Assembly: GCF_000150275.1 (NCBI RefSeq)
Contig: NW_002060943.1
Coordinates: 2,384,462-2,448,461, forward strand
Length of the DNA stretch: 64,000 nucleotides
Source: Trichoplax adhaerens
Taxonomy: Eukaryota > Animalia > Placozoa
Reading direction: 5' to 3'
Under the pieces are notes generated by a model. That model saw only the letters and a program-made list of their open reading frames with translations, did no database searches and was not told where the DNA came from. A program made the position numbers and the translations under genes. Below are positions 12,801 through 26,382 of the stretch, piece by piece (the stretch's first letter is position 1; each line of letters opens with the position of its first letter).

Positions 12801-15665
12801 GATAATGATTCTGATTTTATAGGAAGCTGCATGTCGATAAATTAAAAATTGCAAACAAGTAAGTAAAATCCTCATATGATGGTGAGTTTGCTAAGCTAAT
12901 AACGTCGCATAACTTACTTTCATGCCAAGTGTTGAATTTATCAACGACTCAATTGCTGAAAATTGTGAATTAAGGAAATGAATGGCCACTAGCAGTAGCG
13001 TCTCACCAAAAGAAGCATGGACTCCACTGATGCTTGAGTGTATAAAACAAAAATCCGCTTTAATATTAACGTTTTAAATTGATGAAATTTTGATATATAA
13101 AAGAGGAATAATACCAAGTAGCACAAATAACTTTATTGCTCACATTTCTTAAAAACAGAAATAGAAGGATTTACTAAACATCTAGCTGGGTTTTACGTAT
13201 TACGATTTAAACAATGGTCTAACCTTTCGTAAAATTTACTTTGATGAACTAACGATTGTAGCCATCTTAAAATAATGTTCTCAAATTCCGAAGATCTAGA
13301 TTGAAATAGAATATTAGGATAGCTGGCAGAAAAGAAACTGAAAAGAATTTATGGCACAAATTGCTTACTCTGTTACTACGGGGCAAGCTAATATAGTACA
13401 CAGTCCTAGGACAAGAAATCGAACGCCGGCGGCATTTGCGGGTGGTTGTAGAGTAATTAAGCGCAACAATGCTCGGCATTCTTGTCGATCAAATTTGAGT
13501 CCAGCGAAACCTTTTACAGCACAGTAGACACGTAGAATAGAACTAGCCCTAACCACTGTAGATTCGCTTATTTTTTCATCAGTAGATAAATCCTAACACC
13601 CAAAACCGATGGCTCAAATTAGCGACTGTAAGTAAACTTGATCAATTTGAATGATGTCCACACTAGTAAAATACCTGAAAACTTACATTATCTGTAATCA
13701 AATTGGAAGTATCGATATCATCCAATATAGAATTGGCAAACTTTGAATGTGAAGGGAGTAAGAAGAAGACTTCGCGTAACAAGCATAACCTTAATTTCTT
13801 AACGTGTAAATTCTTCGACTGTAATTTAGTAAGAAAACCTTGTAAGATTCAGTTGCATTTAACTACAATACACGTTTTACGAATGATAATGATAACGTAC
13901 GCTTGGAATATACTTTACATTTTGTAATCTATCTTCCTACTACGCTATCATCTAAATATAAGTACAATATTGCTGTCATCTATATGTATATCGTACACAC
14001 ATTGATGCACAGATCAGATGTAAAATTATCGCAACTTATATTACAACAGTAAGGTCTTCTCGAATATTTTAATAAATATTTTCCATCATCAAATACTAGC
14101 TAATGTTGCTTAAAATATTATTACCATTTCAATTGCAAAACTGTTGGATGTACGTAATAGTAGATGACGAAACTGTCAAATAATTCATTTATTCGGTTAT
14201 CATCTCACCTTATGGCCATTATGCAAGTATTGAGAAAACCAGTTTCGAACTTGAGAATTATTACCCAGTAATATACCGCTAACAAAGCAGACAATATCGG
14301 CATTCTGTCCTTGAATATCTTGTAAATTATCGGCAATATCTAATGTTAATGCAACAGCTAAAGTGGGCATTTTACAATTAGAAATGACTTGATCTCTTAA
14401 TAATGGGGCATAAGTGGGATTTAGGCGACAGAAACGACATAAAATATCAATTCTTTTTTGAGATGCAGATTGATTTTCTTCTGTCTTGTCCGAATGGTAG
14501 ATTAATCCTTGGCAAGCTAAGAAAATGAACATGATGATTGGAATTTACACTTGATGTAGTCTATCATTTGGTGAAAGGATAGATTTATTTTACGTTGATT
14601 TGAATAAATACTGTATTTAATAGCGAATTTAGATTTGCCATTTGCTCACTTTACCTTGATCGAATAAATATGGTAAATTCACGATTAATCTGCAAATGAC
14701 TTCGGAGCCATTTTCTATCATTAACAGTGCTTCGATTACCTCATTAATTGGTAATGCGGAAGGCATCTCTGTATTAGTTAAAAAATTGAGTAAAAAGTAA
14801 AGCATGAAGAATTGAGTTGCAAGATATGACAATTATCAAGAGCGAAAGAAAATGAGCTATAGCAAAGTACAGTATATCATCGAGGAATTTCATTTTACTT
14901 TGCTGTTGTTATGTTGGCATCGAATTGATGCCTAAGTTCATACTTTTATGTCGTCTTACCTGCCACTAAAATACAGATAACATCCACAATTTCGTCCAGA
15001 AATTGGCAGTGATCGATCAAATTATCACCAGCGATAGCAGACGAAGGAAATTTAGACTAGATGATAACAAGCAAAAAATGAAGTTACGCTTGGTTTAACC
15101 TCTCTAGCTACTCTTTTAGAATAATGCCTTCTCGTCAGAAGCAATCATGGCGATATTATTCATCTTCATGCAGTCAATTGATATTTCCTATTGGTTCAGA
15201 CTTATGATTGAGCCATACTAGTCTATCCAATGTGCTTACATTATAGATCAGTCTGATCGTTTCGTTTAGAACAAGTCGACAACGATTGAAACCTTCACTT
15301 CGTTCAAATTCTAATTCAATATTGTGATAGGGCATATATGATTCTGATTCTCGATGGGCTAGTTTCTTTCTAATTTCCAGCTCTCTTCCGGCTTCCTCAT
15401 TTAATACTAAAAAATTGGATGAGGTCAAGCAATATTCGATCGAATTGCAAACTTGATATTGCAAAATGCAAGCAAGGATCGATTTGCGTGTGTTGCGTTG
15501 GCTGTGGTCGTTTACGGATTGGAATACATATCGTACTAGACAAGGTAGAATAATTCTAATCTCCTTTTCTTTCAAGTCTTGAATTTGGCTTGCATCGAAA
15601 GTGCGTACGATGGTTAATAGCTTGGAATAGAGAGCATCATTAGCCATGATTCTCATTTTCGACAT
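9838..15665 (-). CDS. INTS2: Integrator complex subunit 2 (multi-exon)
   Basis: Exon-ORFs match recalled INTS2 motifs in the expected order: EIRIILPCLVR, LEFERSEGFNRCRLVLNE, FVSGILLGNNSQVRNWFSQY, LRVYCAVKGFAGLKF, LVLYYVLAYQD, YPMLLRLLVTH, QETAAIQILLEICLPT, LPALARFGYAFPPMCEDIVSLLLQ. First ATG is at 15665; 15647 (MANDAL) is an alternative. Confidence 0.95.
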
Positions 15666-15699
15666 ATTCTGATTCAATCGGACGTTCTTGACTACTGTT

Positions 15700-15900
15700 G
15701 CCTAGTCTGCAGTACAGTACAGTAATAGTAGTTGGACAGTTACAGTACTGTACTGTATGCAGAATACAGTACAATCCGTCACCTGTACTGTAGCATGGTG
15801 ATAGTACAGTACTGTACACTCATTCTACAGTATACTGTAGGACTGTACACTGTACACTAGTTGACGTGCTGCTATACTGAACCGTACCGTACCGTACCGG
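15700..15900. repeat. TACAG/CTGTA pentamer-rich cluster immediately upstream of INTS2
   Basis: Dense cagtacagtacagta, tacagtactgtactgta and actgtacactgtacac, plus ccgtaccgtaccgtaccg. Confidence 0.8.
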
Positions 15901-16456
15901 GCCTTAACCGACGCTCACTCTAAATATGAACTGGAGGTTAACCCTCGGCAATGCCTAGACTTGAAAGCAAGTCTCTGAATAGAAGACAACTTTTCGTTTC
16001 ATATCGGTGTTGTTGTTCACTACAGTAATACAGTAAGTAGTTTGGAGAAAGCTACACGTTAGCTACTCTATCCAGCTCTCCGGCTTTATTCAGAAGTGAC
16101 AACAACTGGATTGGACACAATCCAATAGACTTGTGTCTGTAGTATCTAGCGGACGACATCCAGTACATCTAGTGTTCTATCCGTAATATATACGGAATAA
16201 TACAATGCTTATACAGTTTCATTTTTTACTACACAAAGTTCAAATTTTGTAGACACTCTTATCCATTCTTAACAGTACTGTACAACGGACTCTCTGAATA
16301 TTGCATTTCGACAGTAGATTGAAATTGGAATTTTAAATTTAAATTTTATTCATTCGCCTGCTGCAATCCTCAACTCTGGCTCACAAAAAAACTTTTCGTA
16401 AATCGGTTTCGATGATTCATTCAAATACACAATTGTATATATAACTAATAACTGAA

Positions 16457-16528
16457 TCCGTGGTAGTATAGTGGTGAGTATCCCCGCCTGTCACGCGGGA
16501 GACCGGGGTTCGATTCCCCGCCACGGAG
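16457..16528 (+). tRNA. trnD-GUC: tRNA-Asp (anticodon GTC)
   Basis: Acceptor stem TCCGTGG/CCACGGA with discriminator G; D arm tagtatagtggtgagta; anticodon arm cccgc-CTGTCAC-gcggg; T arm cgggg-TTCGATT-ccccg. Confidence 0.98.
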
Positions 16529-16538
16529 CAGGTTCAAT

Positions 16539-16548
16539 TTTTTTTTTT
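16539..16548 (+). terminator. RNA polymerase III oligo-T terminator of tRNA-Asp
   Basis: Run of 10 T about 10 nt after the tRNA 3' end. Confidence 0.85.
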
Positions 16549-16639
16549 AATCGTGATAGTACTGGTATCGGCATGGACTACAGGACGGAACCGTGTAGTA
16601 CTTACAGGACAGCGCACAGTATGCCGACTGGAGCCCATA

Positions 16640-16880
16640 CTGGTACATTGTACTGTACGGTGCTGTACCAAACATTACAGTACAGCACTGTATAATTAAT
16701 TATTAGACGATTTGCTTTTGCCGGGTGCGGTCAGCCAGTTACAGTGTACAGTACTGCACTTGTACCAGGGACTACTGCGTCTCAAAGTAGTCCTTGCTAT
16801 CATGGCATGGACTACAGTGCTACAGTACAATGCAGTGCTACAGCATTGTACTGTACAGTACGGTACATTGTACAGTAGTG
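16640..16880. repeat. TACAG/CTGTA-rich cluster
   Basis: tgtactgtacggtgctgtac, tacagtgtacagtactgc and tgtactgtacagtacggtacattgtacagt; a smaller cluster lies near 17165-17205. Confidence 0.75.
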
Positions 16881-17711
16881 CAGTGAAGTGGAAAGAGACT
16901 CGGCTGGAAGGCCGGGCAGACACAAGAATCTTTAAGTAAACAGACATCTTTTAGCCAATTACTCGAGCAAGAGGCTACAAGCAGAAACTCTAGAAATCGA
17001 GTAGTTCCTGGCTATAGTTAAATAAAGAAATAAACAATTTCAGCGCATCGATCCATAAATGACAATGAGCTTTTAATTTTGTAAGTGTTTCACTCTACGG
17101 CACCGATGTTAGGCCGATCCAAAAGGATATTTAGTAGCCTAATATGATCATGGATGATCAAGTTGACAGTATACTGTACTACTAATGTACACTGTACAGT
17201 ACTGCAATAGTTGAATACGAGCGAAGGAATGGCTATTGAAAATGATAATATTGCACGCCACTATTAAAGGCGGCAATTCCGTAAAACGCATTTAAGCGGA
17301 AGTGATGGTATACACTAGAGATCCTACAATTTGCGAGTCTTTAGATATACCATGGGCTATGTTAGGCCTCTGATAATATCGCACTTGGCGATCATCTTTA
17401 TTAATCTAAACCATACCAGTTTACAGTATAAATAGATTTTAAATGCTTTCATACAAGTATCATAACAGAATTAAGATATTGGCATTATAGTTGATGCATC
17501 ATCTACGCTCGTTAAATATTCCAATTCGCTGACGTTGGCTACATGTAATTCAATAAAAATTTGAACTGCAAAGAGTTGCACAATTAGTCTACAATCAATA
17601 CCAGCTTCATACTCGTCAATTCTGAAGGGAACTGGAGAATTTCAATGACATCGTACATTAATTGGTACAATATTCAGTTGACTTAGCTTATCGTGGTAAT
17701 ATATTGGCAAC

Positions 17712-19937
17712 ATGGCAATTAGTGATGCAACATTATTGATAGAAGCAGTGGCCCGTGAGCTTTTGCAAATGCAAGCTTCAAAACGAAGATATTTTATAAC
17801 CTATTGGACAACGATAAAATTAGCCTTCTCCGGAGTCACGATTTTAACCAGTATTATAATAATTGCAAATAAGGAAGGTGCCTCCATTGGTAGTTCGTCT
17901 TTAGCCCTAATCGGCGCTTTCATGGTATGTGAAATATTATCTTGATTGATCAAGGTTTGGCTTGCAATTGATAATTATTACTGGTATTATACCCGATTAT
18001 ATAATCATTTAGCAATTATTTGTTATTCAGTGTTCATAGCTCATTTTGGCTGCGGTAGTCAAGGATTGATCAATATACATATTTCTTATGTGAATTTTAG
18101 ATGTTGATTAATAATGTTACTGCCATATTTAATCTTTAATGGTACAGTATAAATTAAGAATTTGAACAATCAAGCGCAGGCTACAATATAGAATATTAAT
18201 GTTATTCTTGTGTAATCCTTCACTACTCCAATACCATTATTTAAATTTTATGCTGAAGTTTGAATTTATTTATAAACGATATTGTCAAAAAAATGGACCC
18301 TAGGTCTCAATTTAGGATCATCGATTATAATTATTTATAGTGAAATAATTGCTAGATTACAAATGATTACCTCAATATATGCCAATAGTTGTGTTACTAT
18401 AGGTTCAATAGATCATTATATTCGATAAAGTAAATTTACGAACATGAAGAATACCGTAATATTGAACTAGAGTATAACCTTGTGCTGAGCTAGTATGTAG
18501 TCATTATTAATCTGAGAAAAAATCTCGGATCTCTAAATTTTTGCGTAATGTATCATTTAATTCTTTATCCATCTAAATATTCTAACTTATTTTTTGAATA
18601 AGTCAATCGCCAAATTAGTTATTAAATAAATATACCATTCTATGTAACTTCTACGATACCAGAATTTTAACAGGTTCTGAGCCGATGTATAACTAAACAG
18701 CGATAACAATCTTAAATGTATCTGTCCTATATATATATATTAGACAAAGTCATAGTTTATTATTCCTCATTAATGTAATGCTTTACTTTTTACAATTTCA
18801 GTCTGCCTTAACTACCTTGGCATGTTTTCTTTTAACATATTCCAATCGAGTTCTGAAATATTTCGCTAACCATGTAAGTGCAGCATTGTGATAAGATCGC
18901 GTTGGCTTATTTTTTTATTATGGTACAATGGCTTGACAATTCTAGTCGATTCGTGATCAACTTGGGTCATACTCGCTAAATCTGTAAATTCTTGATCTCT
19001 GCAATTTATTACCGTTTATTTACTGTATACCCATGTATTTTAAGAACCTAACTAAAACGTATTTAAATTATCTGTATTTAGGTTAACCTTTGCAGGCTTT
19101 GTCTTGCTATCGGAGAATTACCGCTAATAGTAGCATTTGGCTTTCAAATTTATCAAGTGATCACGCAATCCGATTCTATGAAAGTTCAATCTGCCACTAT
19201 CGCTAATTTAATTACTACAGGCCTAATATTTATATCTGCATTCAGGGTTAATTATCTCATGAAATCATATGGCAAATTATTGGTGGTAAATGTATTGATA
19301 ATTTAAAATACTATCGTATAATCGCACTTTCCTTTATTAATATTTTTTTACTTTAGAATGTTTTAAATTGATTCGATGTTAGAAATTTTTTTCTTTTTTC
19401 ATCGTCCGTGCCCCTTTAATTATTATAAGATTTAAACAACTATCATGTAATGTTTCTTATTTCTAGTCCTTGGAACATTCGCGTCGTAACGCTATCACCG
19501 AGAGTACTACAGATACGACTATTACGAATACAGTTAGGGAGAATAGTGAAATACCCCCGGAATATGGCCAGCATGATCCCGAAAGGAACAGCGAATACTC
19601 TACAGGAACGAATCAAGAAAGTGAATCTACAGTCAATGTGATACTGAACCCATTTCAGGAGAGCCTTCTTTCCAATGAGAGTATTAATAAAGTACAGGAT
19701 ACTAGTGCCATACAGTCTTCCTCATCTAGTTCATCGATACTTGATGAAACTATTTTACCGGCAATACGTCCTCAGTATCATCAATTTAAAACTTCCGAGA
19801 GTAATCTAGAATGTTTTATAAACAGTAATCATAATAGTGAACCTACAATCAACCCAATTGTTTCTATGATTGAGAGCTTTAGTACCAGAATGATTTCATC
19901 ATGGAGAAGCTATTACCAGCTCACTTATGATACTTAG
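17712..19937 (+). CDS. Uncharacterised four-TM membrane protein, about 319 aa, with a long Ser-rich cytoplasmic tail and PPEY motif (paralogue A)
   Basis: Exons 17712-17924, 18802-18873, 19082-19285 and 19467-19937, all phase-0 GT-AG and open throughout. Four hydrophobic segments followed by a hydrophilic tail. Confidence 0.72.
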
Positions 19938-21012
19938 AAAATTAAACATTAGGGAGTCACAATAAGTCGCTGTTGACAAGAAAACGAACATTGAAATTGT
20001 TACATGTACTTTCATAAATGAAATTTTTTCGTCTTCTTTTATTATTCTGTGTAACATTTCATCTTATAGAATAGCGTAACCAAATTAACAGAGTACATAT
20101 GATAGTAACTTTATATTGAATCTTTAATTCTAGCCGCGCACACTGATTTTTTTTACTCTATGCAGTGTATGGGCTTTGAATGAATAAAGAACTTATAAAT
20201 TTAAGTTTTTACGGATTAGCTTATGTTATAATATGCCAGTAGTAGATAATCTAACATCAATAACCCTTTATACGCGTATCTTTACAGTATTTGAAAAGAC
20301 TATCGAAACTAAACACCTGGTACGATTAGGTATGAATAAAACCAATTTTGCGTTTTGCGAAGCTGTAGTAAACGTGTACGTAGTCTACGTCAATTCGCAC
20401 TAGTATATTAAATTCCTCTATTGAAGTTCTACCGCAAAATTTTAAAGCCTTACTTGATTAAAAATAAACTATAGCTATACGCAAATATATAGTAGGAATG
20501 ATTAATAAATAAAACCTCTCTAGTACTTTTACTTTTTAGTGTTGTATTTAATTTTTTATGTAATTCTACCCGATACCATGTTAAATATTAACCTAAAGAA
20601 ACATAAATTATGACAATGGCATATGATGGAGGTAAATGTAATTGAAAATTTTTTTCATATTTGTAATAATGCATACAAATTTATGGAACTTACAATAAAC
20701 TTTAGAAATTTCTTGACAGTCGCGTGCAATGTTACTAATACTGTAATGAAACTAAAATAGCTAGTAAGAAAACATGGTAATAACATCAATAGCAAAGCAT
20801 GAAAATCTTCAACGAATTATTCAATGGCATTCTATTCTCTTTTTGTTGGGCTATAAACTAGTTATTGTTTAATTTATATCGCTTCAAATGATCATAACTA
20901 TTTTATTAGCGCATTTCCAGATGGAAAAACATTTTTTAATATTTAAAGCTACTAGTTGATGGTGAAGTTACCAAATTAGCTGCCATGTCTTTTACTTTGT
21001 CTATGTCACGAC

Positions 21013-21975
21013 TTACGAAGATGCAGTGCATACATTGCATCTTTTGCAGAATATTTTGCGAATAGGATCGGATATTTCTTTAATAAAATAGCCGTAAACA
21101 ATAGAATTTATAATAATGTAGCTAAGAGCTAGGTACCTCAATCTTTTTACTACATCATGAAGTTTTTGTAGGGCTTTTCCTCCAACATTCGATATCTGGA
21201 GAAATATTCTTAGGGCTAAACTAATAGTAAGAGGAAGCCATGTTAGGCAATAAAGCACTACCAACAAGCCAAGCAAACATGCGATGCGTGTATGTTTTCG
21301 AATAGATTTTAAATTACTACCAAATTTACCATTCAGGTTACTAAAATTTCTGGTGGCAATTTTGTAGACATTATAATAACAGATAGCCATGATAGTTACT
21401 GGTATGATAACGAAGAAAACAAAGTGGCCCATACGAAATAGAATTTCTTTAATGGGCCTTGGATTGCTGACTGATTTGCAAGTACTCTGTGAATCATACC
21501 GAAATATAATCAAAGGTAGGATACCAGCAAAAATAGTTAGTATCCAAATGATCGTAACTGCTAAAATAGCGTATCTTGATCTTGAATATATTCGATAGCG
21601 AAATGGAAATTTCATTGCCAATAATTTGTCTAAACTAGCTACCATTAAATGTAAATTGACAACACTACTGCAGATGAAATTAATACTCTTTATTATATCG
21701 CAATAAACCCAAATGCCATCGTAACCTAGATCGAACCAATAAACAATAACGTACAACGCAGCATAGGCTATATCACTAAAGAATAAACTTCCCATAATAG
21801 TATTAGTTGTTGAATGTAATTTTTTTCTAGCAATAATCACTACCAATAGGCTACCATTAAGTATGATTGCTATAGAACCAGTAATAGCCCGTATTAGCAA
21901 ATCAGTTGAAGTAATAGAGGATTTCTGGAGAGTAGAAACTGTAGCAATAGTTTGATTCGCTGTATTAGACGACAT
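21013..21975 (-). CDS. Intronless rhodopsin-class (class A) orphan GPCR, about 320 aa
   Basis: Seven hydrophobic helices with class A marks: TM1 N (ILNG), TM2 SLFFSD, TM3 SLDKL then FPFRY, TM4 W..P, TM5 FVIIP..CY, TM6 TWLP, TM7 INSIVY. ATG of MSSNT at 21975; N-glycosylation sequon NQT. Confidence 0.93.
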   Translation of the reverse strand: MSSNTANQTIATVSTLQKSSITSTDLLIRAITGSIAIILNGSLLVVIIARKKLHSTTNTIMGSLFFSDIAYAALYVIVYWFDLGYDGIWVYCDIIKSINFICSSVVNLHLMVASLDKLLAMKFPFRYRIYSRSRYAILAVTIIWILTIFAGILPLIIFRYDSQSTCKSVSNPRPIKEILFRMGHFVFFVIIPVTIMAICYYNVYKIATRNFSNLNGKFGSNLKSIRKHTRIACLLGLLVVLYCLTWLPLTISLALRIFLQISNVGGKALQKLHDVVKRLRYLALSYIIINSIVYGYFIKEISDPIRKIFCKRCNVCTASS

Positions 21976-24028
21976 CGTGAAAGTATAATTACGTCTGCAT
22001 TGATAAGAAGACAAGATTGGACGAACTAATACGACTTGAGACGAGAAGTTATTATTTCTCGTAAAATATCTTGGTGGTGATAAAGGTAGGTTGTTTTTAG
22101 ACAAGAAAAATCAGAGTCAGAGCTTGCTTCAATTCTGAAAACTTACTTTTAACCTGCAACAGTCCTTGTGATTATATTCATTGCAAGAGTAATTGCAAAC
22201 GATATTATATCCGTTTATTTACAGTTAATAATTAATGCAATTTTATACTTTTAGATTGACATTTTATAAATAATTTGACAAAAGCTAAGGTCTTCTATGC
22301 CAAGATAAAGCAAGCATTCTTCGAAGAGGTAAAAATCGAAATAGAAGCCAACTCTTTTCAATTAATTACCTTGTGTCAGCAATATTAAAATTGTGTAATA
22401 ATGTTTGATATTCGAATCTATAGAGTTCTCCTAACTTAAGTTAAATCATTAATGATAGAAATTTAAAACATTTGTGATGATAATACTGGTTGCGCTAATC
22501 ATTTACAAGGTTCCAGTATTTATTGTTGAATTATTATTAGTCATAGTCAACCCTAGGGATATCATCAAGTTAGCTAGACAATATCTTACTAATGGTACAT
22601 ATCTGCATGGATTATGTGGAAAAATACGCTGATATATAATCATATATTACTATTTTTATAGTTAGATGCTTATTTATCTTTAAGTATTTTAAAGTATCAA
22701 TATGTAACGCTTTTACTGACCAGATAGAATATTAAATTAATTAGTCGATTAATTAATATGTAACAAAAAAATACACAATTGATTACTTCTTATGCAAGAT
22801 ATCAAATATCGCAACCCGTCTACCATGTTATTAAATTTACCATGCGATAGATGAAATATTATCGTTGTTTGTCGTCATTATTTATTAACTTTAGTAGTAT
22901 TTACCAGGAAACTAATAAGAAAGACGGACAGATATTAATAAATTAAAAATCGATTTATAAATCATGTCCCTTTTCGTCCATTTAGACTAGATTTGAACCA
23001 GGGGCACCTTTCTTAACCGTAAATTCATTCCATTTAAAATCACTATTTTTCTTGTTATAACTTTCAATTGGACGGCAATTGCTGAATAACTGGTCCTATT
23101 CCTTATTTCATAACTCAATAACTACCGCGATTCATTGACGGAAAAAACTCCAATAGTTCGTATAAAGGATATAGTAAATATAGCTTAATATGATTGAAGG
23201 CCATTACCTGTCCGCGTCTACTTTTCATGATGGACGAGAAACAAATCTCACGAAAAGTTACAGTATTCTCAGCGGATCGCTTATCCAAATGGTTACTATA
23301 AATTAGGCTACTCTTCTAATAATAATTCCTTTCTAATCATTTCTCCAAGGAATTTCGTAATCGTGCACGTAAAAGTGTAGCCGAGCTGATATACTAGAAA
23401 TAGTAGACATATAAGCCCTAATTGCTGTTATTATTTCTTTTTCTTCCTCTATATATCGTATATGATAGAGGATACAATTCTCCTTTATTTACTTTTCAAT
23501 CATCTTCTCTGGGTACCATAATGATTAGTGTTCCTTAACCGAGTGATTTAAATAAGATTGAAAGTACGGTAACTTTATTTTTTACATCATCTCATCAATA
23601 TCAACAAAGTTAAATTCTGTAAAACTTCAAATATGAACAATCTTTACTTACTATATAAATAATTGCCAAATCTGTTTTGTGCCTGTAAAGGATGTCTTCC
23701 AAAAATGGCTAAATGCTCCATGAGCAATAAGTATTTTTGGGAATTAGAGAATACAAATATGGTGTGATCTATCTTTAGAAGCAAGTAGCATACTTGAGGG
23801 AAATCTCTTTTAATTACAAGTTGTTGACGTAAGTAGATCAAGATTAGAATTGAAATTTAAAATAGAATCTTGTAATTTTGACTTGATTAGCCAGGTTAGC
23901 TTCTTCTATAAATAAACTTTGCAATTTCGAAAATAGAGTGAAGTCGTGTGGTGGTGTTTTAGAAAGAGTAAAGAAATTCTATTAGCAAGATAGCGCTTTA
24001 GTACTTTTACAATTTTATCTAGTACAAA

Positions 24029-25290
24029 ATGAATATGAGAGATAATGAAGAATTAAGCCGGGAGGATATGTCTATTACTCTGCATCACATCCTCCCATCA
24101 AAGATAGTGAAATCTTTACTCTGCATTAGCGTAATCAAGTTAATCTTAGGTATCCTTATTCTATCAGTTAGTACCTGGTTTATGGTCAATCAGAAATTCT
24201 CCATGTCCGGAATTGTTATTATTTCCACAGCCGGTGGAATGACTGTACGTAAGTTATCAATAATTGACATTTACAGTAGGGAGGTACAGTGTCATAACGT
24301 AGCCTATTTTAAATTTTCTTTTTCGGAATGTATTGATCGGATCTTCCTAATAGTCGGTCATGGTTACACTGCTAAATTTAACTGTTCTACGAACCAAATA
24401 TTTTTGGGATACCTACCTTAGAAATGTAAGTGGATTTGGATGTCTTGAATGAGAATGTTTAATTCTTCGTATGAAAAGCTTCATTTTTTGAACAATAAAT
24501 TCGAATTTACTCCAAGGTTTTTATTTTAGGATAGCATTTAAAAGATATTTATTATCCATTTTATAGACAATGCTTGTTGGAATTGGTCAATTATTTCTTG
24601 GGGAATTAACAGTATCTATTGCGATGTATCTACATATGAGCGAATTAAAACCTGGTCCTCATAAACAGATTAAACTTTTTGTAACCCATATTCTCTACAT
24701 TTTCTTTGGTATTTTCTTGCTAGCTGCAGCCTTAGAAAATGTCAGACGATTAATAAGATTTAAATTGCCTAGCAATGTAAGGATATATGTAGTGGGAACG
24801 AACTGTTTTCTTCTATAAAGTGATAAATACGCCTATAGTATCCATTTCCTGAATTTTGTGACAACTAGTTGCTTTTTTCCTACTGATTGCTATCGATCGC
24901 TGAAAAATCTCACCTAATGGGGACTGTTCCATTTTCTCTTAATAGGTTATCGTTCCATTGCAATCTCTGGATAGTAACCGCAATGATGGGAATTTGCCCA
25001 TTGAAAGGCAGTTAGGTGTTAGCGTCGGAAATGAACATGAGATATTAAATCCTGAAGCAAGATGCAATGATACTAATTCGCAAACTCATCGCGAAATGGG
25101 ATCATCGTCGCCTAATTTTCATGAACATTCCTCAGATATTCTACCTTCCTATGACGAAGCAACCAATAAGATTCGTCAAGATTCGCCTTCCGATGATAAA
25201 GGGGGTCCAGTTTTATCTCCGTTTGAATCAACGCTAACAGTCAGGGCTGTAACTGAATGCTCAAGCCCTTATTGCGAAACTACTGTGTGA
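24029..25290 (+). CDS. Uncharacterised four-TM membrane protein, about 280 aa, with a cytoplasmic tail carrying LPSY (paralogue B)
   Basis: Exons 24029-24244, 24354-24425, 24567-24776 and 24946-25290, all phase-0 GT-AG and open. Exon layout matches paralogue A. Confidence 0.75.
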
Positions 25291-26332
25291 ACACCGTCTA
25301 TAGAATTGATATAAAGAAATTCTTCAGCCTTATTCCTTGGTAGTTTTAATCCGCGCTTGTGTGATGTATATTGTGACAACTATTTCTAATTTTTCGACTT
25401 AAGCCATTTATGACAGGATCGACTTTATATTTGATTAGCAGATGACTATACTAAGGAAGCCACTATGTTTTGGTATACTTTAATGCATATATGTATCATT
25501 TTTAGTCGATACAGTTAGGTATCTAAATGGTTACTCTTCTTGTTGGATTAAAGTACAGACGCAACAAAGGTTAATTTCTGATGTTAATTGCTATTAGAAG
25601 AATAATTAGATCTAATGTGTTATTTACTGTTTAACCTACGCACTTATCAGTACTATAATATCTACCAGGAATTAGTTATTGTACTAGTAAGAATATAGTC
25701 GGGCATGTCCTATTAACTTCTTCAGCTCTTAAAGTTGAAGGAATTCATCATGAAATAAAGTTTAAAAGTCAATCAAGTAGCTATTCCATTTTAATAGCAG
25801 CAACTTATGTAGAACAGGTTTACCATCAACCCGTTGAAATAATTTCCTTCTAAACTCTATGGTAAATAATACTTCAATTTTTTTTACACTACATAAGATT
25901 TAATCGTCTAACTTGAGTTTGTGAGTTCAGTAGAATCGATGGTAATGTAATTATTAGGGCAATATATCAAGCCTGATAATATAATCTGAACATGTGAAGA
26001 TTACATACTTCGTCAACAAAGTGGCAATAATATTTAAAGTTTTAGAACACAGGACAGAGTGCAAGCATTATGCTAACAGTATACCTGCTTTAAACAGTCT
26101 CGTTAAAAAAATAGATCATGAAACTTAACGGTCACAACGCCAGCCATTCTGGAATCAGTATAATACTAATGATTACAAAAGAGTTTAGAAACAATCCTTA
26201 ATTACTCGCAGTAAAACAAATGCAAACTTTACGGTAATGTGACAAGGTGTGGTAGAATTAGGCCGGCATAATAATAACTTACAGGTGCAATCTTAAATAT
26301 AAAGTCGCGGTTTGAGTAATATCACAGCTAGG

Positions 26333-26382
26333 NNNNNNNNNNNNNNNNNNNNNNNNNNNNNNNNNNNNNNNNNNNNNNNNNN
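26333..26382. other. Assembly gap (50 N)
   Basis: Run of n characters. Confidence 1.

Noticed and set aside
16471-16947. ORFs overlapping the tRNA and TACAG cluster (also 27956-28524)
   Set aside because: Low-complexity YSTV/LYCT translations of the pentamer arrays and of the tRNA.
22975-23075. Minus-strand B-box-like ggttcaaatc with short terminal complementarity (tRNA or SINE relic)
   Set aside because: No convincing D arm or anticodon arm; a cloverleaf cannot be built.
24209-24220. GTATCCTT U12-like donor in tetraspan gene B (similar ATATCCTT at about 6697 and 9831)
   Set aside because: It lies inside an open hydrophobic coding stretch or outside a compatible exon end, and no matching branch site is needed to keep the frame.
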